A stretch of DNA of 32,000 nucleotides from Acaryochloris marina S15 (GTDB lineage Bacteria; Cyanobacteriota; Cyanobacteriia; Thermosynechococcales; Thermosynechococcaceae): assembly GCF_018336915.1 (NCBI RefSeq), contig NZ_CP064921.1, positions 90,001 to 122,000 on the forward strand, written 5' to 3'. The notes under the pieces are model-generated. The model worked only from the letters and a program-made list of their open reading frames with translations. It ran no database searches and was not told the DNA's origin. The position numbers were made by a program, and so were the translations under genes. How positions within the stretch are numbered: the stretch's first letter is position 1; each line of letters opens with the position of its first letter. Below, piece by piece: positions 8,351 through 16,953 of the stretch.

Positions 8351-9007
8351 ATGAAATTGATAACTTCTGTCAAAATCGAACAATCTGCCTCCACCGAAGT
8401 GATTGACTCTGCCGCTAAGAAAGTTGGCTTGGCTGCAAGCAAAGCCTTCTTGTTCGTCATTCGCAAGGAAGTCCAGGGCTGGAAAAACTTTACAATCCTC
8501 TGCTCTTGGGGACTGTCCAAAGTGGGCCAGAAGCATGGACCTATCTTTGATGAGGTCAAAGGAAATGCTGTGGCTGTCTTCCGCAAAGGTTGTCGGCAAG
8601 AGACGTTGTTCATCCAAACGCTTATCAAGACCCAGCTCACAGACCGGATTGATGCCCACTGGGAACTGCATGATAAAGCTATCGATTGGTTCAAGGTCCA
8701 GACCCAGGCATTCCTGGCCGACAGCCCGGTTGAGGATACTTCTGAGGTCGAGGCTGAGGATCAGGCTCCTGACTTTTCGGAAGACCTGGAGGAGATTGCA
8801 TCTGTAGCTGAAGTGGAGGAGCCTATCAGCGAAGTCGAGGAATCCCCTGTTATGGTCTTCGACCCTGATCCACTTGATGATGAGCTGGGTGTTCCTCAAG
8901 ACCCGACTCCTGTTGAGTCTAGTGGTGGGGGCAAGCGTCGGACTGCTAAGAAGAAAGTTGAGTCATCGCTGTCTAGCATGATGAGGGAAGAGGCCGCAAA
9001 GTCTTAG
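8351..9007 (+). CDS. Hypothetical protein with an acidic, disordered C-terminal half
   Basis: ATG is preceded by AAAGGA. The globular N-half is followed by an E/D/P-rich tail and a KRRTAKKK patch. Preferred over the antisense ORF 8318..8899, which is Leu/Arg-rich as expected for a shadow frame. Confidence 0.55.
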   Translation: MKLITSVKIEQSASTEVIDSAAKKVGLAASKAFLFVIRKEVQGWKNFTILCSWGLSKVGQKHGPIFDEVKGNAVAVFRKGCRQETLFIQTLIKTQLTDRIDAHWELHDKAIDWFKVQTQAFLADSPVEDTSEVEAEDQAPDFSEDLEEIASVAEVEEPISEVEESPVMVFDPDPLDDELGVPQDPTPVESSGGGKRRTAKKKVESSLSSMMREEAAKS

Positions 9008-9015
9008 CCATGCAA

Positions 9016-9054
9016 CCCCAACTCCCAGCCTCTAGAGAGAACTGGGGGTTGGGG
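9016..9054. terminator. Hairpin between convergent genes
   Basis: 12-bp stem CCCCAACTCCCA (9016-9027) / TGGGGGTTGGGG (9043-9054) with one G-U pair and a 15-nt loop. No clear U-tract on either strand. Confidence 0.4.
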
Positions 9055-9113
9055 TATCGTGTCAGGTATCCTAATCTCACCAATTGAAAGAAAGCTGTTT
9101 TTCAGCTCATTGC

Positions 9114-9473
9114 TTAGATAGCAGATTTAACAGCTTTTAAAAAATCTTCACGAGTGTAGGGCTTGGTAATGTATTCATCTGCCCCTTGCTTTCTACCCCA
9201 GAGCTTATCTAAATCCTGATTCTTAGTCGTGCAGATAATCACAGGTAATTGCTGAGTCGCTTCGTTCTTCTTTAGACTTCGGCACAACTCAAACCCACTC
9301 ATTTCCGGCATGACCACATCGGTAATGACAAGATCAGGCTTTTGAGTTTCAGCTTTGTTCAACGCATCTTTGGCATCATCTGTGCTAACCACAAGATAAC
9401 CCGCTTCTTTCAAATATAGACACATTAGCTTTAGTTCAGCCGGACTATCATCTACTACTAAAACGGTTTTCAC
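9114..9473 (-). CDS. Single-domain response regulator (CheY-like receiver)
   Basis: 119 aa with the VLVVDDS acidic pocket, phospho-acceptor context LVITDVVMPEMSG, and the conserved T and K (ITKPY). Confidence 0.9.
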   Translation of the reverse strand: MKTVLVVDDSPAELKLMCLYLKEAGYLVVSTDDAKDALNKAETQKPDLVITDVVMPEMSGFELCRSLKKNEATQQLPVIICTTKNQDLDKLWGRKQGADEYITKPYTREDFLKAVKSAI

Positions 9474-9955
9474 TTGTTGTTTCTCCTATAACAAATAGAG
9501 GTAAGCTCGTAAACAATGGCTCTACCCAATAGATTTAGGATGCCCTTCTTTAATCTAATATTTTCTATTTTTTACGTCAAAAATCCGCTTCCAGCAATGG
9601 ATTCATACGCGATCTATTAGGTGCAAGCCCTGAAATTTTGGAGCTGAGTAGAGTATGCTTGCTGCTGACCCCAGGTGTCTGACTGTAGGGCTTACTGTTA
9701 GTCTTGGGGCAAAGCGTCGGATTGCCTTAATAGAGGTTGAGTTATCGCACTTTAGTAACATCAGGGACGAAGCCAACAAATTCTGGCGATGCACCTGACT
9801 TCTGAGGTGATCTGGGGGCTACTTTCTAGTTTGATAAAATAGCTGTACCTTGAGGTTAGTTGGCGATTGAGCTAAATCAACCTAGAAAGCAGCATCCTTA
9901 TGGGTAGAAAGAGTACCTAGAGGAACTGGTAGATGATTCTGCATGAGGCTAGCTA

Positions 9956-10360
9956 ATGATCAGTATCCCTTCCTTAACTCAGACTCAATTAGCACTTCTG
10001 AGGACAGCCAAAAAGCACCCTGAGAACACAGTGCGGCTTTACTATGAAACCCCGATCATTAATCATAGGAAGCCACCATTTAAAAATCCTCCGTTTATCC
10101 AGAAGCTGGTTAATTTAGGCTTAATTGAAGTCGAATTTAAACGAGTTCTCAATGGTCCATCACTTCTTGAGAAGGATAGCTGGTATGAATACTGTGCAGA
10201 TTTAGAGCTACCGTCAATTCGGGCTTGGGAATTATGGCGTGAAGAATTCATTACCAGACAAAAAGAGGCTCCCAATATCCTTGTACCTGGAGAGGGATTC
10301 GAGGGATTTAGTGATGTCTGGATACAAGAAATCAATTACCATGCAGTACAGACAAGCTAG
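9956..10360 (+). CDS. Hypothetical protein
   Basis: GAGG lies 7 nt upstream of the ATG. 134-aa ORF with no recognised domain. Confidence 0.45.
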   Translation: MISIPSLTQTQLALLRTAKKHPENTVRLYYETPIINHRKPPFKNPPFIQKLVNLGLIEVEFKRVLNGPSLLEKDSWYEYCADLELPSIRAWELWREEFITRQKEAPNILVPGEGFEGFSDVWIQEINYHAVQTS

Positions 10361-10578
10361 TTCAATCTGTAAATTAGGTAGACCTTATTTTCAAATTGGA
10401 CTCAAGTAGAACAGGTTTGTGAAACCTTTGTGCTCAATTCAACTTGTTTTCCATCAATGGGCATACTAAGGAAGCGGAAAGCCTTAGCTTGCCTGGGTTG
10501 CTAACTAACAGCACACTCTGTAAATATTGTTTATCTTGATCTGGCCTATGTCTAACCTCATATCAGAGAAATCCACTT

Positions 10579-11349
10579 GTGGTTGAGCAGAACTCGATAG
10601 TAATGGGGTGTGATGGTTGTCTCAGTTCGCCTGGGCTAAACTTTGAGTTCACAATGGCCTTCCAGCCCATCGTTAATCTTGCAGATGGCAGCATTTTTGC
10701 TCAAGAAGCGTTGGTTCGAGGTACGAATAATGAATCAGCAGCTAGTATTCTGGGGCAAGTAACGGATGAGAACCGATATCGTTTTGATCAAGCCTGCCGG
10801 GTTCGGGCTATCCAACTTGCTGCAGAATTAGACATTCAATCGATATTGAGTATCAACTTCTTGCCTAATGCCGTGTATCAACCGGAACGTTGTATTCGGA
10901 CAACACTTGAAACAGCTCAACAATGTAATTTCCCCATTAACCGAATTCTATTTGAGCTGACGGAAGTTGAAAAGGTTAAGGATTACGCTCATGTTCACGC
11001 CATCATTGAGCACTACCAAGAGCTAGGGTTTAGAACTGCGTTGGATGACTTTGGTGCAGGTTATTCAGGGTTGAACTTTCTGGCTGATTTCCATCCAGAC
11101 TTTATCAAGCTAGATATGGCTTTGATTCGGAATATCGATAAAGATAAAGGTCGTCAGGCAATTGTTCGAGGGATTGTGCGAGTCTGTCGAGATTTAGCGA
11201 TTGAACCCATAGCGGAGGGAGTTGAAACAGGTTTTGAGTTAGATGCTCTTAGACGATTCGGCATCCAATTATTTCAGGGCTATTACTTTGCAAAGCCTAG
11301 TTTCAGATCTGTGATCACCGATTTAAATCTCGCCCGCCAGCTTTGCTAG
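10579..11349 (+). CDS. EAL-domain protein (putative c-di-GMP phosphodiesterase), stand-alone
   Basis: Motifs FQPIV, AQEALVRG, ELTE, DDFGAGYSGLNFL, IKLD, AEGVET and QGYYFAKP are visible. The start is GTG 10579 or in-frame ATG 10603. Confidence 0.9.
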   Translation: MVEQNSIVMGCDGCLSSPGLNFEFTMAFQPIVNLADGSIFAQEALVRGTNNESAASILGQVTDENRYRFDQACRVRAIQLAAELDIQSILSINFLPNAVYQPERCIRTTLETAQQCNFPINRILFELTEVEKVKDYAHVHAIIEHYQELGFRTALDDFGAGYSGLNFLADFHPDFIKLDMALIRNIDKDKGRQAIVRGIVRVCRDLAIEPIAEGVETGFELDALRRFGIQLFQGYYFAKPSFRSVITDLNLARQLC

Positions 11350-11583
11350 GGGGCTGTCAGGATGCACGGGTTGATTCAGCAACTGAGATGCCTGGTTTCG
11401 GGCCTCTACGATAGAAGCATAGGCTTTGCCCGCCAGGAACTCAGCCGCGAACAATTCGGCAAGGTCGTCTTGCTGCGACATCAGGATTCAGTTAAGTCGT
11501 CAAGTTTTGATGTGTTGAGACGATTTAAACAGGAATGGCGGCTGAGGGCAAGCGATTGAAAGAATGTCTAAGGTTGGGCTCTT

Positions 11584-12558
11584 TTACTCACATTCTGAAA
11601 TAAGTGATTCAAGCTGATTAGTTAGTGATTCAACTTTTTTGCGAATCTTTTTGTCCTTTAATAATTTTGGGCTTGTAGCCCTTTTTAATACAGATCTAGC
11701 TCGATCACGCAAAATAATTTCTTCACTACTAGTTGTCTTACTTGAGACCGTAGTAATGAGACTCTGAAGTTGTTTAACTGTAAGCTCTTCTGCAACAACA
11801 CGTTGTAACAATTCTTCCCGAATGTCTTCGTCTTTAACTCTAGCTATGCGGATAGCTTTCGTATATGAGACTTTTCCTGATTCAAGAAATGCAACTACAT
11901 CATTAGGTAGATTGATGAGTTGCAGTTTGTTAGCAACGAAAGACTTCCAGTTTAGCCCCATCTCTTCAAAGACAGAGAGAATAAATCTCCTTTGCTCATC
12001 GTTGATAATAACGTTATTATCGCTACGACGGTTTGCTGCGTTAAAGAGTGAAGTCAAGATCTGAGAAACTTCGTCTTTACTCATTTGAAGGCCAGTGGAT
12101 AGAAGTTGAATGATTCCACGAGTTCGTTCAAATGGATTAATATCTGACCGTGCTTCATTCTCGATAATGGCTATTTTTAATGCAATGAGATCATCAACCT
12201 CATCTACTTTTGCTGGCACTATTTTATGGCCTAACTCTTCAGCGGCAAGTCTACGTTGCGAACCTGCAATCAGCTCAAAATACTTACCTTTGCCTGGTAT
12301 CGGTCTTAGTAAAAGCGGCTCTCTGATACCAACAGATTGAATCGTAGCCTTGATTTGTTCGATTTTCTCTCGATCGTAATAAAGCCTAAGCTGAAATTCA
12401 GGGAGAATAATCTTGTCAAGACTTATTTCCACAATTGGAGATGTACTCCAAGCGGGCTGGCCTTTAGAATTAAGAAGATCATCGTTAAGTACAAAGCTCT
12501 CTAATGCTGCTTCAGTATCTTTTCCCTTCCTGAGAGTAAGCGAACGACGGCTAGCCAT
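11584..12558 (-). CDS. parB: ParB/Spo0J-family partition protein
   Basis: ParB N-terminal box GIREPLLLRP...YELIAGSQRRLAAEELG. Overlaps parA by 8 nt. Confidence 0.9.
   Translation of the reverse strand: MASRRSLTLRKGKDTEAALESFVLNDDLLNSKGQPAWSTSPIVEISLDKIILPEFQLRLYYDREKIEQIKATIQSVGIREPLLLRPIPGKGKYFELIAGSQRRLAAEELGHKIVPAKVDEVDDLIALKIAIIENEARSDINPFERTRGIIQLLSTGLQMSKDEVSQILTSLFNAANRRSDNNVIINDEQRRFILSVFEEMGLNWKSFVANKLQLINLPNDVVAFLESGKVSYTKAIRIARVKDEDIREELLQRVVAEELTVKQLQSLITTVSSKTTSSEEIILRDRARSVLKRATSPKLLKDKKIRKKVESLTNQLESLISECE
12004..12021. promoter_or_regulatory. Candidate parS/centromere-like site (copy 1, inside parB)
   Basis: Perfect 18-bp palindrome GATAATAACGTTATTATC, identical to the copy upstream of parA. 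Confidence 0.6.
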
Positions 12559-13324
12559 TAATGATCCTCACGATTTCTTCAAAAAGTTCACAATACTCAT
12601 TTCGAGCCATTTCTATAGGAGTGAAGTTTTTGTTTTTCTTTTTTAACTTTCTCTTTCTACGATTTTCTTCTAGGCGTTGTACTTCTCTAATCGCTGTAGT
12701 TCTCTGGCCTGGAGTATCCATTATGCATGTTCTTTGATGGATGACTGTATCAAGCGGGAACACATGCTTCCTGGTTTTCTCATCTTTGTCTGCCGCTTCA
12801 AGAGCTTCCCGTAATAAGATGGTGCCTTCCTCAGCACGGTTAAAGAATAGAACGGCTTTAGGTAAGCCCCCTCTAATATCTTGTGCAACTTCGACCATTT
12901 CAATAGTTTCATCGTTGCTATCCAAATCTAGTTGTGAGGTTTGACAGGGAATGACAACAATATCGCAACGGCTCAAAATTGCTCTGGAGACATCTTCCAT
13001 ACTTCCAGGAGCATCTACGATGACATAATCAAATTTTTCTTTTACATTTGGCAGCTCTCTTAGAAGCGTTCTTGCGTCTCCCATGACTGTATATTCTATT
13101 TCTGGACTGATTGCTGAGAGCCATTTGGAGCTGCTTCTTTGGGCATCTGCATCTATAAATCCTACAGAGCCAAATTGCTCAAACCAATCACGAGCATGTG
13201 TGGCTGTGGTGGTTTTGCCAACTCCACCTTTCTGGCTGAGAAAAGCAATGATTATGGGTTTAGTGGGGGGTATAAACTTCTTTTTCTTGGTGCTCAATTG
13301 CTTATCTCTTGTAGCTGTGATCAT
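12551..13324 (-). CDS. parA: ParA-family partition ATPase
   Basis: Deviant Walker A IAFLSQKGGVGKTTTA. First gene of the parAB operon. Confidence 0.9.
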   Translation of the reverse strand: MITATRDKQLSTKKKKFIPPTKPIIIAFLSQKGGVGKTTTATHARDWFEQFGSVGFIDADAQRSSSKWLSAISPEIEYTVMGDARTLLRELPNVKEKFDYVIVDAPGSMEDVSRAILSRCDIVVIPCQTSQLDLDSNDETIEMVEVAQDIRGGLPKAVLFFNRAEEGTILLREALEAADKDEKTRKHVFPLDTVIHQRTCIMDTPGQRTTAIREVQRLEENRRKRKLKKKNKNFTPIEMARNEYCELFEEIVRIING

Positions 13325-13369
13325 TTATATGCCTCTAGATGAGTCAAAAATATTCACAAAACCTGAAAG

Positions 13370-13387
13370 GATAATAACGTTATTATC
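13370..13387. promoter_or_regulatory. Candidate parS/operator (copy 2, 46 bp upstream of the parA start)
   Basis: Perfect 18-bp palindrome GATAATAACGTTATTATC. It overlaps the predicted -10 element and spacer of the parA promoter. Confidence 0.6.
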
Positions 13388-13398
13388 AGATTTGTCAA
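13371..13398 (-). promoter_or_regulatory. Putative sigma-70-type promoter of parAB
   Basis: On the minus strand: TTGACA (13398-13393), 16-nt spacer, TATTAT (13376-13371). Confidence 0.45.
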
Positions 13399-13462
13399 GA
13401 TATTGAATGTTCTTCAAAAATATTTTTCTTCTCAGGAAATGCTTTGCTTGGCAAGCTTTTTA

Positions 13463-13600
13463 GCTTTTTCCGAAGGTCTATTTGTGCTGACCCTACCCGA
13501 AATCCTGGAGTATCTGGACTTCAAGGTTTACGTTGAGACACCAGATGATCTGCGGATGAATCGAAGGATTATCAGGGATGGTACGGAGAAACTGAGGTAA
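13463..13600 (+). pseudogene. Uridine kinase / phosphoribulokinase-family fragment (relic)
   Basis: LAFSEGLFVLTLPEILEYLDFKVYVETPDDLRMNRRIIRDGTE aligns by eye to the Udk segment ILEGILLL...[26 protein letters not shown]. About 45 of ~210 residues are present. No P-loop lies upstream. Confidence 0.55.
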
Positions 13601-13646
13601 GAGTCCAGTGTGATCCAGGAATGGCAGACTAATGTTATCTTCATTC

Positions 13647-15197
13647 GTTACTGCCCAGGCTTAAATCATTGTGTTGAGAATGAAGTTATAACTCTCTCTG
13701 GATCTATGTTTTAAGCACAACAGCAATCAATCCGTGATCTTCCGTTGAACAAGAAAGTCTCTGATCAAAAAATTAGTGAATCTGATATTCGAGCAATCTA
13801 CCATCAAGGTGAGGATGCGGTTGTTGAGCTAGTCACCCGTCTTATCGAGCGGATAGAGCGACTAGAAGAACGTCTTGACAAGGATAGTCGTAACAGTAGT
13901 AAACCACCCTCAGGCGATGGCTTTGGGAAGCGGACAAAAAGTCTACGGGGTAAGAGTAAACGCAAAAGTGGTGGGCAAAAAGGTCATCCTGGTAGCACAT
14001 TGGAGTGGCGTGAGACCGTCGATGCCGTAGTTTTACATCCGGTGACTCAGTGTCAAGAATGTGGTGCCTCTTTAACAGAAGTAGCACCACAACAATATGA
14101 CCTTAGCCAGGTTCATGAGTTACCCCCCTTGTCACTACAGGTGATTGAGCATCAAGCAGAAGTCAAGTATTGTGAGCACTGCCAAACCTTGAGCCGGGGT
14201 GTATTCCCTGCAGATGTCACCAATGTGGTTCAGTATGGCAGTAGCCTTAAAGGCTTGATGGTGTACTTGCTGGACGCTCAACTGTTGCCGTTTGAGCGAA
14301 CGAGTGACCTGTTGAAAGAAGTTTTTGGTTGCCAGGTTTCTGAAGGAACCCTCTGCAATGCCCGTACAACCTGTGCTCAGAAATTAGAACCGATTGAGGT
14401 ACAGATCAAAGACGGTATTGAGCAAGCAGCAATAGGGCATTTTGACGAGACAGGGCTGCGGGTGAACAGCAAGCTATGGTGGCTACATGTCGCCTGTACG
14501 AGTGGGTTGACCTACTACTTTGTTCATGCCAAACGCGGAAAAGCAGCGATGGACGAAATGGATATTCTGCCGAACTTTACGGGTACCAGCATTCATGATG
14601 GTTGGCAGAGTTACGCCACCTATGATTGTGCTCATGGTCTCTGCAATGCTCATCATTTGCGGGAGTTACGCTTTGTCGTTGAGCACTATCAGCAACCTTG
14701 GGCTGAAGAGATGATGACGTTGTTGGTGGACATCAAAACTCAGGTAGAGAGTGCTCATGCTGAAGGCTTAAAAGCTCTCAGCACAGAACAAATCGAGATG
14801 TTTGAGCAGCGTTACCGAAAAGTATTAGCCGATGGATTCAAGAGTAATCCAATCCTGCCAGTTGATGAAAACGCACCTAAGAAACGAGGCAAGAAAAAAC
14901 AAAGTACACCGAAAAACCTTCTCGACCGACTGGAGAAGTACCAATCTGCTGTTCTGGCCTTTATGTATGATTTCCAGGTTCCCTTTGATAACAATCAGGC
15001 TGAACGGGATATTCGCATGATGAAATTGAAGCAGAAGATCTCAGGTTGCTTCCGCTCGTTGGCGGGTGCCCAGCAGTTCTGCCGTATTCGCGGTTATATT
15101 TCGACTTTGAGAAAGCAAGATATCCCTGTACTTGATTCACTTAGAAGTATTTTTGTTGGAACTCCTGTGCTACCAATGCTTCAGCCTGGGCAGTAAC
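13647..15197 (+). mobile_element. IS66-family element, single-ORF (ISBst12-like) type
   Basis: 15-bp perfect IRs GTTACTGCCCAGGCT (13647-13661, and reverse complement of 15183-15197), extending imperfectly to ~27 bp. 8-bp direct repeat CTTCATTC at 13639-13646 and 15198-15205. Confidence 0.85.
13745..15196 (+). CDS. IS66-family transposase (TnpC-type)
   Basis: 483 aa with an N-terminal coiled coil, a zinc-finger CQECG...CEHC, and HDGWQSY...CNAHHLREL...DNNQAERDIR motifs typical of IS66 TnpC. TTG start. The stop lies inside the right IR. Confidence 0.9.
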   Translation: MNKKVSDQKISESDIRAIYHQGEDAVVELVTRLIERIERLEERLDKDSRNSSKPPSGDGFGKRTKSLRGKSKRKSGGQKGHPGSTLEWRETVDAVVLHPVTQCQECGASLTEVAPQQYDLSQVHELPPLSLQVIEHQAEVKYCEHCQTLSRGVFPADVTNVVQYGSSLKGLMVYLLDAQLLPFERTSDLLKEVFGCQVSEGTLCNARTTCAQKLEPIEVQIKDGIEQAAIGHFDETGLRVNSKLWWLHVACTSGLTYYFVHAKRGKAAMDEMDILPNFTGTSIHDGWQSYATYDCAHGLCNAHHLRELRFVVEHYQQPWAEEMMTLLVDIKTQVESAHAEGLKALSTEQIEMFEQRYRKVLADGFKSNPILPVDENAPKKRGKKKQSTPKNLLDRLEKYQSAVLAFMYDFQVPFDNNQAERDIRMMKLKQKISGCFRSLAGAQQFCRIRGYISTLRKQDIPVLDSLRSIFVGTPVLPMLQPGQ

Positions 15198-15224
15198 CTT
15201 CATTCATACCATCTTGCTCAGTGT

Positions 15225-15557
15225 CTAAATATTTAATTGACCTGTGCTAAATAGTTGAAACCCGCTCACAAAACACCCGAAAGATAGACAGAATTGCCAA
15301 AGGCTAGTGGGATTGAGGACGGCATGGCTACTGAAGAAGATCAGCAAAACTCCAATTCCCATGAGCACCCACCCTAAAAATTTCTCTCGTCTGGGTAAGA
15401 AAAAGAGTGAGATAACTCCACCTGTTAGGAAAAGTACAGAAGCATCTGCTGAAATACCTCGCCACCAATAAGGATGAACATTGGTAGTGAAGTAAATGTT
15501 CTGGCCCATGAAATAGAAGCCTATTGCCAGCAGAGCCAAGCCCATTAATCTACCCAT
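15225..15557 (-). CDS. Small integral membrane protein (3-4 TM), hypothetical
   Basis: GAGGAA lies ~10 nt upstream of the ATG. Four hydrophobic stretches. Confidence 0.55.
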   Translation of the reverse strand: MGRLMGLALLAIGFYFMGQNIYFTTNVHPYWWRGISADASVLFLTGGVISLFFLPRREKFLGWVLMGIGVLLIFFSSHAVLNPTSLWQFCLSFGCFVSGFQLFSTGQLNI

Positions 15558-15673
15558 TCAAAATGTTCCTCAATACCAAGCATAGGGTTTATCTCTAGAT
15601 TGCCCAATACTTGAAGGCACCGAGACAGTAGAGTTTAATGCAGAGCAGACTGACACAGGAACGAAGCAAGTAA

Positions 15674-15961
15674 CTATGCAGGCGACAAATCCATCCGATC
15701 CTTAGTCAGATCCAAATACTCGATATTATCCCGGCACACCCATTTGAGGAGAATCCTTGGTGGATGTGGGTTTGCAGCGAACTTCAACATCACCTGATGG
15801 TATTGGTCTTCCGTCGTACTGGAATGCTGAAGCCGCTCCCAGTTCTCCGTCAGGTTTTGCAAGGTGTCATTGCCAATCTCACTACGAAAGGCCGTGGCAA
15901 TCCCCATCTGTTCATCAATAGAGAAGAAGAAGAAATCACCGCTCTCGATCATGTGCTGCAA
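15674..15961 (-). CDS. Hypothetical protein, possibly the 3' remnant of a degraded gene
   Basis: TTG start only. The same frame stays protein-like upstream but is broken by TAA (16040-16042) and TGA (16082-16084). Confidence 0.3.
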   Translation of the reverse strand: MQHMIESGDFFFFSIDEQMGIATAFRSEIGNDTLQNLTENWERLQHSSTTEDQYHQVMLKFAANPHPPRILLKWVCRDNIEYLDLTKDRMDLSPA

Positions 15962-16150
15962 TACCGCTTGAGCAACGGCATTATTGGGGTTGATCAGAAC
16001 GTTGAAGGTCTGGAAGCCATAGAATTCAAAGGCAAAGCTTTAATCTGGCAACCCGAAAGGTTGTTTAATCCATATCTCTATTCAATCAGGAAAGCGTAAA
16101 CCCGCCATCAGCAAAGAGGATGAAGATTTTTACATCCCCATCCTCCTATT

Positions 16151-16160
16151 GGACTAGTCC
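16151..16160. repeat. Iterated palindrome GGACTAGTCC (copy 2)
   Basis: Exact match, intergenic. Overlapped by the direct repeat CCTATTGG at 16144-16151 and 16159-16166. Confidence 0.7.
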
Positions 16161-16208
16161 TATTGGTTTTCCTGCTTAACTCATCACATCCGCCTGGCAC
16201 ATCTATGA

Positions 16209-16844
16209 CTATTGTGAACAGTCACAAATGAAACTACTCAGAACATCTTTGGCTACAGCTAAGGGACCTGTTCCCTCTACTGCCTCTTCACCACTACCTA
16301 TGAGGCCATCAATCGTTCCAGCCACTTTTGCAAGTTTAAAGCCATCTACAACAAATTCTTGCGTGGGATATCGCTGTAAAAATTCCAAAAAGGATATGCG
16401 GTTGTCATCACTGAGAGAAAGGATGACGGCTGAGCGAAATGCTTGTAGATTAGCTTTTTTGCTAGGGGTCTGAAATATTTGCCCTGCCTGAAATAAGGCA
16501 TATTCACCAGGGAGGATATGAAGTAGGCGATCTGCAGTCTGCAGCTTTACTTTTACCTCCTTGGTCATAAACTGACGGGCCGCTTCAGGATCTTGCCCTG
16601 ACACATTCAAAAAGAACTTTAACTTAGAAGATGCTTTACCCGTTTGAGCAAAAGTTTCCAACTCATCTACAGTCAAGGATTGACCAAACTGCTTGTAGGT
16701 AAACACCACCTTCTCTGCAGCATTAGCAGAAGAACTGGACAATAACAGACTAGTTGTTGAGGCCACGGTAACAGTGGCTAAAGATAACCCTTTAACGACA
16801 TCCCAATGACCCATCTTTGACAACCACGAGGGAAATATGGCCAT
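16209..16844 (-). CDS. Secreted DUF1400-like protein (no hydrolase domain)
   Basis: Signal-peptide-like N-terminus ending ANA/AEK. Body pattern ...LTVDELETFAQTGK...DDNRISFLEFL.... C-terminal AKDVLSSFICDC. Paralog of the next gene. Confidence 0.7.
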   Translation of the reverse strand: MAIFPSWLSKMGHWDVVKGLSLATVTVASTTSLLLSSSSANAAEKVVFTYKQFGQSLTVDELETFAQTGKASSKLKFFLNVSGQDPEAARQFMTKEVKVKLQTADRLLHILPGEYALFQAGQIFQTPSKKANLQAFRSAVILSLSDDNRISFLEFLQRYPTQEFVVDGFKLAKVAGTIDGLIGSGEEAVEGTGPLAVAKDVLSSFICDCSQ

Positions 16845-16953
16845 AGATTGACTCCAATATACTTTGAATAATCATGTCAGCATTAATAAAGAGCGATTGT
16901 GGAGGGCAGCCCAGAAAACGAACCACCCAATACTGAAACACCACCCATAACTG

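Noticed and set aside
8318-8899. 193-aa minus-strand ORF (and 8332..8694, 8403..8807) overlapping the 8351..9007 plus-strand ORF
   Set aside because: The Leu/Arg/Ser-rich composition is typical of the antisense frame of an acidic coding region. The plus-strand ORF has an SD-like AAAGGA and a more protein-like sequence.
9603-9794. 63-aa minus-strand ORF in the 480-bp gap upstream of the receiver gene, plus short local stem-loops that might hint at an ncRNA
   Set aside because: There is no start context or domain. The stems (for example AAGCCCT/AGGGCTT) are short, and I could not assemble a convincing conserved structure by eye.
11362-11559. 65-aa plus-strand ORF after the EAL gene
   Set aside because: It has no SD and an Arg/Ser-rich, junk-like sequence. 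It lies antisense to the small relic ORF.
13842-15020. Small ORFs inside the IS66 transposase (13842..14090-, 14520..14714+, 14812..14994-, 14832..15020+)
   Set aside because: They are shadow frames of a confidently called 483-aa transposase.
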